A stretch of DNA of 57,889 bases, the filler included, from Sphacelaria rigidula (taxonomy: Eukaryota), in the NCBI GenBank assembly GCA_964200075.2. It is 5 parts of 5 records of this genome, joined end to end, with 100 filler letters (N's around TTAATTAATTAA, not from the genome) between each part and the next. Parts side by side here need not be neighbours in the genome. Positions count along the whole stretch, not along the records: positions 46,393 to 57,889 come from CAXNAA020004864.1; 4 more parts are not named here. One strand, written 5' to 3'. Both the position numbers and the translations under genes were made by a program. Positions 49,501-57,889 of the stretch are shown here, piece after piece. Within the stretch, counting starts at the first letter, position 1. Each line of letters opens with the position of its first letter. The notes below the pieces were generated by a model. It had not been told where the DNA came from and did no database searches. It was given only the letters and a program-made list of their open reading frames with translations.

Positions 49501-52500
49501 GCTAGCAGATATTCGACAAAGTTTTGGAAAGTTGTTCTGAACGGGCAGGTGTTCGAAAACTTCGTGAGGAATCTGTTCTGAGTGAACAGGTATCCGACAT
49601 CTCGGGAAGTTGTTCTAAACCAAGCACGTTATATAGCAACCTTTTGGCAATTGTTCGAAACCGAATACAATATCTGGAAACGCGTGAGAAGTTGTTCCGA
49701 ACATAACGCAATATCTGACAACATTGTAAAAAGATGTTCTCAACAGAATGCAATGCCTGACGAGGGTATTAAGAAGTTATTGTGAACCGAATGCAATATC
49801 TGACAACGTCTTAGACATCGTTCCAAGAAAAACAAAAGGTGCATGGTTTGTTCTGCCGGACGTGTGCTGTCCTTGCTGGTTAGGTAGGGGTGACCATGCA
49901 TTTTTCCGCTGTGCTGTTGCCGCTAGTCACGGGCAAATATATGTGATCGTGTGGGCTGTTCATGAGAGGTGACTGATATATTGGTCTTCACAACCCCAAT
50001 CGATAGCAAGAGGAATCGCCGCCTGCCTCGACTTGCAAACCACAGGCAAAAGCTTGCCTCATGGACAGGAGACATTAAAGGCGAAGTAACGTATTCTTCG
50101 GTTCATAGATTACATGAAAGCAAATGCAAGGGTAGGTAGGTAGCACAAAACATTGCATCCCAAGCAAATGTTCGAATGACAATTGCAATATGCCCAGATA
50201 TGTTACCACGGGTTCAAGACATCGGGCTATCGTGCAGACATGAGAAGAATAGTGGTGACAACAACAACAACAATATATTATAATGATGACAAATGAAATA
50301 TCATTTTATGGGCGACTGACAACGACGAAAATTCCCTTTGAAGAGGGGGCTGACATCGTTGGCCACGAGAAGGCATCGAAGGAGGGGTTTTGGGAAGGTA
50401 GGTAAAATACTGCAAGGTTGTGTTCTGTAGGGTATAGCCGAAAGTGGGGGATATTCGGTGCGCATACCAAGCCATTCCGAAACGCGAACCGAACATTCCG
50501 GTATGATTCGGCAGGGTATCGGGCCCTGTTCAGAACAATCCGTTGTGGTTTGGAAGGGTATTTACCGATTAAGTGCCTCTTATATACTTGTGTAAATACC
50601 CCAATTCCAGCCGGCATATCTTACAGAACACAACCTTGGAATACTGTATGCTATGGTTAGATTGCAGGGTCGTTGCGGGCACCTGCGACTCTCGGGTGAT
50701 TAATTGATTGATTTGTCGCACATTTCAATCGATTCCCTGCGAATCCAGCAGTGGTCACAAGACAGACGCATCCATAACGGTATACCGAAACTGCAGCCCG
50801 ATAGCGTAACCGGAGGATTTTAAACACGAGCATCAAATCACCGAAGTGGGAGGCACCTCAGCCACAAAAGAATTTGAATTTTTTCTACGCATTAGCCGAT
50901 TTCTCGAACGCGTAGTTACAGACGTAGGGTCGCCTTTCCAGTACCGCAACTGCTACTCCTTACAGGAGATAAATAGAAGCGCTTGTTGAGTGACCTCTTT
51001 TGAGCTCCCAATGCAAACACGCATATGTTGTATCCTCGCACGAGGTTCACCAACCAGAACCCTCCCTCACGACTCTTTTGATACTAATTCTGGCTCATTG
51101 GACTACTCTCGTACCTGTCCCTTTTCCTGCAATAAGGGGCATTCTAGACACAACGGCAAGCCGGGCAAAAAATGATGCCAAGATACAGTATGAAAGGACG
51201 TTACATAAAACACCATTGTTTCTCACCACTTTTTAGCGGGACACTCGGTACAGGCGACAGCCGTCAACCACCCCGCATCTATTCAGAGGCTTTCAACAGG
51301 CATTGACTTACAGCAAATTGTTTTCACAATCTGCGTTCGTGCTACATATATTTTCGCAGGTTTTCCTCTAAATCACCGGCAGAGTACGAGCAAGCAGATA
51401 ACGCGGGATTGTGAAAATTGCGGATCGTTTTTTTTTTTTTTGGGGGGGGGGGTGAGCCTTGGGAACCTTCATAAGTATCGCAATATTTTTGGAAAAGAAA
51501 TGAAAAAGCTCTCTCTGACCCTGATGTGTGGCCTCTCCAATCCTAAAAAGAGTCAATTCACAATTCATCAAAACCCGTGTGAACAGTGAATTTTAACTCA
51601 TGGGAACGAAGTTTCTGTACGGTAATGAACGAAGGTCAAAATTGGTCGTAAAAACAAGGAATTTTACTAATTGCGGAAGGATTTTATGTTAGGATGAGCA
51701 AGGCCACACATCACGACCGCAGAGTGCATTTGTATTTTTTTCCCGAAAAAAACGATGCTAACGAATGCTTCCAAGGCTCATCCTCAAAAAAAAAAGCAAT
51801 CCGCGATTTTGGAAATTCCGTGCTATCTGCGAGGACAACACCAGGCTCGCCCATGCTAAATTTGAACGCATGGACTATGTAGTCTATTCTCGCACAGAAT
51901 GTTTATGCATAGCGAGGGGACGACAGAGGTAGATTCTTTCATCATGCATCAAACGTCATTCGGACGACTTATGCGCAGTTTGGGTACGATCTACAATAAT
52001 CTACGCAAATTTCGGGTAGGTACGACCTCAAATATTGGGTAAATACTCGCAGCAATACCCGGGCGTGAAGTATCACTTGGGTATGACCTAAACTCTCCAC
52101 CCAAACATGAGTAATGTGGGTGCGAACTCTAGAACGCCACACCCAATTTTTGGGTAGATTGGGTACGATCTCCACCCTCCGCCCATTTCTTTTTAGTGCT
52201 GAGAGTACGATTTTTCAGGATACCCGAGTTTTGGGTGTACCCTACCCGACATGCCCTTGAAATGTACTGTCGAGCTGGAGAAAAGAACTCTTGGAGGCAG
52301 AAACCATTCGACTCCCAATATGTGCTGACTACGACGAAGAACTCTCATCAGTCATTTGGCCATGGGACATTCCGCGCTGGAGATGTTACATCAAACTTGG
52401 ATTGAGTCTCATTGCTCATCCACCATGCACCGTTACAAGTAATGTTAGAAGTGATGGTGCAGACAACCCGAACTGTCGAGACCGGTTGGTTGAAGTTTCT

Positions 52501-53038
52501 TCGTGCGGTATGTAATGTCTAACCCCTCCGCACCAGTGGGCACTGTGCGCTTTTCCGCCCTTGAATGTCCCACCAACATTACGCTGCAATTCCCCGACAG
52601 TCTGGATCGAACGGTGTTGGCCAGATCTTTCAAACGACAAGGCGGGTTTGTCCGCAACCTGCAGTGGCCAACGCTGGAGTCATGGTCGAAAATCCGTCAC
52701 GACGGGGTGTTATACGCCGTTATCCCCCAACCGCCCTCGCAAACAAAACGACACCAGAAGGATCACAGAACTCACCAGATTCTCCTCCCAGTGGTGCTAG
52801 CTCGAATCCCACAGAAAGTACTTGAACGAGGGGTTAACGCGAAGGCTGCCAGTCTCCCACCGTCCGAACCCAAGCTCTTGCGCAATCCTGTAGGATCATG
52901 TTTTTGTTTCATGCGCAAGGGTGTCGCGGTGGCACCACTGAACGACAACGACACCGCAAGCACGGCCGCGGTAATCCCACACAGCAGCAAAGCAGATGTT
53001 CTCTCAGCTACCGTAGGTGTTTCACGACGGCTCACCAT
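46504..53038 (-). CDS. Multi-exon gene of unknown function with N-terminal signal peptide (partial)
   Basis: Exon 53038-52776 (MVSRR...LLLCGITAAVLAVSLSFSGATA, TG|gtgag) joins in phase to an exon starting at 52658 (donor uncertain). Exon 48711-48613 (strong pyrimidine tract, GHATTTTMKAGKSTKRSKAKKK...AHS|gtacgt) joins in phase 0 to exon 46779-46504 (GSSMKKQ...LPFQVLQTIRGRHGLPEF...PGE|gtgatg). Confidence 0.65.
49170..49830. repeat. Degenerate ~40-bp minisatellite, ~14 copies, intronic
   Basis: Unit approximates aatatctgacaacgttttgaaagttgttctgaaccgaacgc. Confidence 0.75.
50413..50638. mobile_element. hAT-type MITE
   Basis: TIRs CAAGGTTGTGTTCTGTA / TACAGAACACAACCTTG; 8-bp TSD AAATACTG / GAATACTG (one mismatch). 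Confidence 0.88.
51390..51835. mobile_element. Degenerate MITE with long imperfect TIRs
   Basis: gcagataacgcgggatt...gcggatcgtttttt...tgagccttgg versus ccaaggctca...aaaaaagcaatccgcg...tatctgc. Confidence 0.55.
51975..52259. mobile_element. Partial copy of the CAAGGGC hAT-like element (right end)
   Basis: Ends TACCCTACCCGACATGCCCTTG and carries the same internal repeats as 39283-40830. Confidence 0.8.
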
Positions 53039-53644
53039 GTTATATCTCGTTCTCTGCTACACGAACAAGCAGCACCGTGAAGTAATAGAGATTAGCACTA
53101 CAGTATCACATCCCGTCCACTGTGATTTTGCCGATCGATCGTACCCGCGATCGCTACAAATTGCAATACTCGGCATAAACGTTCATCGAGCTCCCATCTC
53201 ACGAATTCCGCCAGGAAAAAAGTTGTAGAAAATATATTGTAATTTTATTTAATTGCCTTCTTTTTCTTTTCTCTCCCTCTGTCTCTTGCCTGTGGCGACT
53301 GTAGCTATTGGACGTCTTTGTCGTTAGACCGCGGGTCTGAACGACGATGTACACTACCCTGTAGGCCCTAAGTCACACGGTCAAAGCAGCCTTGCCTGAC
53401 GAACATTTGGGTTGCTTGTGTACTGCTTCACTTGCAAATCACGTTGTTCTTGGCTGGGATAGGCTGTGCATGATCTGTGCATCTATTTTCATTGTTTTCA
53501 GAGAGAGGCCGGAAGCCGGAGAAAATACGACGGTGCTGCTGTCTTCTACAGCTGGCCCATTGGTGGGTAGGTGCTCTTGCTGGCGGGAAGGATCCCTAGC
53601 AGGGGTACACAGGACCGGGTCCTGCGCTTTTGCTAATAAACGAG
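53039..53644. promoter_or_regulatory. Putative bidirectional promoter / 5' UTR region
   Basis: 606 bp between two divergent start codons (53038 minus, 53645 plus) with no recognisable repeats. Confidence 0.5.
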
Positions 53645-56600
53645 ATGGCTGACAGGAAACGCAAAGTGGATCTCTCAGGGTTAGGGTGAGTTGTGATTCC
53701 GCACTCCTGTTCCAGAAGTTGTCGTTCTACGCTATCTTGCCAGGTTTGCTTGTGCGGTCAAAAATTGCTTGCAGTAAACGGCAGTGTAATACTTTCACGT
53801 CATACCGTGGTGCCGTACTGTTAATAGAAACGCACCGCACTAAATCGGGACCCCAGCTGTGCCACACCGCATAGTCTCGCTTTCAAGGCGACGCCACGGA
53901 CGGGTACTCTTTATTGTAGCTCAAGCCTTATCTTACGAGCAGTAGATATTCTACGTATTGATGCAGGGTTAACCAAGGTCACACCAATGTCGGTCAGCAC
54001 CGTGCACGAGCAAACGTTCGGTGGCGGCGGGAGTTTCGCACCAGCCAAACGTTCCTGATCACGTTCTCCATCTCTTCAATTTCAAACATGCGTTTCTCAA
54101 CAGATGATGAAAAAATATTCCGGGGAGCCCTCCCGGGGGGTGGGGGGGATAGTTTTTTGACGCGCGAAGTGTTTCCATAGTGGGCCCGAGTTCCCCCTGG
54201 CGACGGAAGGCGTTCAGGTCCTTGCAGTGTGTAAGAAGAAAAACAAATCCGACAGTACAGTGAAATCTGTAGGTTGTTTCAACATCTTCCCATTAGATTT
54301 ACTGTTTTTATCACTTGTCTCCGAAGAAGCTGATCAACACGGACGTACTCTTGTTACATGGATCACTATTGGGGCGTCATGGCATGCATGAGTTTTGTTG
54401 CATGTTGGAAATTTCCTGGGATAGCGTTTGCTCTTGTAATTAGGCTGGAGTCTAGAAAAATTATCGAGGACTTCTAAGTCTTGTAAGGAAAAGCAGGGAC
54501 GGTATCGGAAAGACGAGCCTACGTCTGTGACCACGGGTTTGAGAGATTGGACTTATGTACGGGAATGATAAGAAAAATAATGCAGGCCGCTCGCGCCTCC
54601 GTGGCCAAAGTGGTATACTTGACACCATGAGGGTGGTTCAAAGACCGTGAGTTTCGATTCCCGCCAGACATTGCGTCTAGCTTTAATTGTTCATCTTCAA
54701 AGTATCTGATTCATCCGTCGTTGATGGCATGAGGACGTGATGAACAGCAAAAGGGAATGTTTTTATTTCAGTCACAGAAGGAACGGTGAGAGCTCCATCT
54801 CTCACAGGAAATAGCAGGGACGGTATTGGAAAGACAAGCCCATGTCCTAGATCACGGATTCGAGATCTAGGGCTAAGTGCCGGAAATAGTAACAACTGTA
54901 GTAATATTAATAATCGACTGGTTTTGACAACAGTCGACGCGGTGCGGAGAGTGATTTGCTGATACAGATTCACGAGATTAAAATGCCAGGCGCGAGGCGG
55001 TGGCAGGGGAGATGGACGGGGTGATCCCTCAAGACAGCGGGTTCGTTCCGAGAAAGGGAATGAGTTTAAAATATGACGAGAGAAAGTGAAAATATAGGCT
55101 ACCAGCCCACCGGGCACCACCACGTGAGTTCGCCTTGTTGTGTTCCCAAGAAACTGCGGCGGCCACAACCGCTGAGCGTTTTTATCGGGGAAAAGCATCC
55201 CGCCGAGCTGTTTGAGTCAGCTAAACTTTTTTTTTTAATATCCGTCATACTTCAAAGGTCTCCCCTTCCTTGAGACGAGTCCCCACTCTGTCTGGAGGGA
55301 TCAAGTCAATGTATCTCCTCCGGATATTTTACCTGCCTAACTGACGCTGTGATGTCGCGGGTTGGGTAATGACTACTCCCAGACGGCGTCGACTGGCGTC
55401 AACTCCACGCGCGTCACATTTTCATTTGTTACTCACGTCTTCCACGTTTTTCAAAGGCGATGGAAACCAGATTCTCAGAAACAAAGCGTCCGCTATGTCG
55501 GGATTGTAGCCTTCAACCGGGACACAGCGGTGAAGAAGTACCGCGGACGTGCAGGCATGACGTTATTGGTGGATATGTATTGAAGGATTTGGTTCCTTTT
55601 CGCCCTCGGTTATGGATAACACTCAGTATATGAGCTGGGCTGAGGTCGTTGGTCGATATGATGGCGCATTGAGCAGGTACGTGAAGAGCCCCCCACGAGC
55701 TCTCAACCTTTTGACCGCCAGCCAGGGTTGGTCATTCATCTATTGGAATCGGCATCATTTTTCACTTGGAAAAAATCAGGGAATCTTTCAAGACCCAGAC
55801 GACCCACTCGCCCTCATGGGCAAGGGCGTTCAGGTTCTTACTTTCTGAGATCTATTGGAATCGGCATCATTTTTTACTTGAAAAAAATCAGGGAATCTTT
55901 CAAGGCCCAGACGATAGATGCACTCACCCTCACCGGCAGGGGCGTTCAGGCTGTTACTTTCTGACGTTAAAAATCCAGCGATCGTTCCTGCTGCAGAAAT
56001 TCACAGTTGTTCGCGTAGTGGCACAAGTGACCTGAATGACTAACCGGGAATTCAGTGCTTCGCACTACGTGTCCACATCACTGAGTAGCAACCTGCGTCT
56101 GCGGTCTTGCGTTTTGTTTGACGTCCTACCTGAAAAGCCATGGCTAAGGAAGTTTTGTCACCCTTTACTGGGACTAATACTATATCCTTCTCAACCTGTT
56201 ATCTATGTCGTGTTTTCATCTTTCTTTTCATTTCTGTTCTCGAGTTTCTCCGGAGTGATCCTTCGTGTACCTTTCCATTCACTATCATGATATTCTGGAT
56301 CACTAGATCCACCCCGTCTATGTACCCATGTACAAACAAAAGATCGTATGTTTATTTTCCATGTGTGTGTGTGTGTGTTTCTCCTTTGTCACGCGCGTGT
56401 ACTTCACTGTGCGTACCGTACTAAATCTTCATTTTCTTGCTTTACTAGGTCAAGCCTACCGTTATTTTCCATTATGAGAGTGTTGCTTTGTTTTCATCTT
56501 TTGCTTCATTTCGTTCAATTCGCTCTTCTACTCTCTCTTCATGATGCGTACCGTATCACACCAAATCTTTCATTCTTTGTTCTTTATATATATTTAACTC

Positions 56601-57833
56601 GCATGGTTTTATTTCTCGCCCAGGTCTACTCCAGCCGAGGATGCCGCCAAGAAGCGGAACATGGGGATCAACCCCTTCACTGGATCGTGAGTATGGTTCA
56701 GTTTTTGGTATCCGGTTCGGTCCGATCCGGTTCGGTTTAGCGTCGTCCCAGGTTACTCTCTTTTGTTTCAGTTTTTGTTTTCGTGTGTTGATATCCGTTT
56801 GGTGGTTCCCACCTGTTGTGTCATTTCAGGGCGTAAGGCAAGGAGGGAGGGAAGCTTGACCTGTCTCTTCTTTCAGTCAACACTCCTGTTGTAGTGGTGT
56901 CCTGTCGAAGTTTCTTGCTCTTTGAGTGTCTTGGAGTTGCTCTGTCCCGTCCATGCTCATTGTATTTTTGTTGTTGTCACGTGCCTCCTTTTTCGCTGGT
57001 TTTGTTGTTGCCCGCTTGTTGTTGTTGTTGTTGTTGTTGCTATGCTCACGCTAATCCCCAGATTTCTAGCAAGCACGTCTCGAAGATTTCACTTGATATC
57101 TTTCTTTCTGCTTGCTGACAATTCCCGCTCCTTCCTTTTTCCCAATTGATCAACAGTATTTGTTGTTCAGTCCCTCGAGTAAATGATAAAATATGAAATT
57201 GTTTCGAGACGCCTCTGAGCACACCGCAATCATTTACACGTGAATTCTTCACGGGATGGCTACTTCTTCAACTGTAGTCGTATATGTCATGTACTCAAAC
57301 CTGCACTCCCTGTGTCGAAATCTCTTGGATCCCGGGGTATGCCATTCTTGGGGTCTACAAAATTGTCGTGTTGCTGTGATATATGCGCGATCTATTTGTT
57401 CGTGGTGCAACCCAGATGCGGCAGCACGCCTTGAAATTTGCACGAGCTACCACTGCGCGTAGGGTGTGAGCATGCGCCCCCCTGTTTGTTCCCGCACCCC
57501 CTGATTGAAACCACAGGACGGGGGAAACGATCAAGTTTGGGGGTGCACGAAGCATATTTGGGCGAGCGATGCCTGCCTTGGTCTCTTCCGTCTCACTACG
57601 GCTGCTTTTCCACGGTTGAATAGTCCGATCGATATCTTTGAGTTATACTCAAACACCGGGTGTTGCGATTGAACAGTCCACGCACACACGCTCCCTTTCC
57701 TCTTCCCTCTCTCCTTCCTCCACCCGTCCCTGTCGGCGACTATCTCAGGCCGTATTCCCGCAAGTACTACGACATCTTGGAAAAGCGGAATCAGCTGCCG
57801 GTGCACCAGTTTCTCGACGATCTCATGGAGAAG
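53645..57833 (+). CDS. DHX15: Pre-mRNA-splicing DEAH-box RNA helicase DHX15/Prp43, exons 1-3 (continues beyond the window)
   Basis: Exons 53645-53685, 56624-56686 and 57749-57833 with GT..AG boundaries, phases 2,2,0. They splice to MADRKRKVDLSGLGSTPAEDAAKKRNMGINPFTGSPYSRKYYDILEKRNQLPVHQFLDDLMEK, the conserved Prp43 N-terminus (INPFTG.PYS..YY.IL.KR..LPV). Confidence 0.92.
54590..55070 (+). mobile_element. tRNA-headed SINE in DHX15 intron 1
   Basis: Head with A-box-like GTGGCCAAAGTGG and B-box-like GTTTCGATTCCC; 3' end related to the 7915-8190 element. Confidence 0.55.
55735..55965. repeat. ~111-bp tandem duplication of the GAATCGGCATCATTTT repeat family
   Basis: atctattggaatcggcatcattttt...aaaaaatcagggaatctttcaag...gggcgttcagg occurs twice. 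Confidence 0.8.
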
Positions 57834-57889
57834 GTAGGAGGGAGAGCAAGGAGGGAGGGGGGGGGGGGGGGGGGTCCTCCTTTGGTGGT

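Noticed and set aside
49170..49830. Repeat-spacer-like periodic array
   Set aside because: The variable parts are diverged copies of the same unit, not unique spacers.
52503..53228. 241-aa plus-strand ORF
   Set aside because: It overlaps in antisense the minus-strand exons that have a signal peptide and in-phase splice sites, and shows no recognisable motif.

Overview
Eukaryotic, intron- and repeat-rich DNA. The gene structure, tripartite plastid-targeting presequence and TE families point to a brown alga (Phaeophyceae, Ectocarpus-like); this is inference. The window is five near-equal blocks (11499/11498/11498/11497/11497 bp) joined by identical 100-nt spacers (N44-TTAATTAATTAA-N44), so adjacency across spacers cannot be trusted. 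Genes: a complete 5-exon thylakoid-lumen (PsbQ-like) gene (2950-9375, +); the first three exons of the spliceosomal DEAH helicase DHX15/Prp43 (53645-57833, +); a divergently transcribed multi-exon gene with a signal peptide (53038 to about 46504, -); and one first exon of an unknown gene (45913-46266, +). Mobile DNA: a degenerate Copia element, two chromodomain-bearing Gypsy integrase remnants, an ALOG-domain tyrosine-recombinase (DIRS-type) element lacking RT, an RTE-like LINE end, tRNA-headed SINEs, several MITE families with resolvable TIRs/TSDs, a long foldback carrying a nested composite hAT element, and several minisatellites. I found no convincing novel multi-gene system. The best leads are the RT-less ALOG-YR element, a MITE family with variable 2-bp TSDs, a TG..CA mini-element carrying telomeric repeats, and a short repeat family that sits in C-rich tracts.
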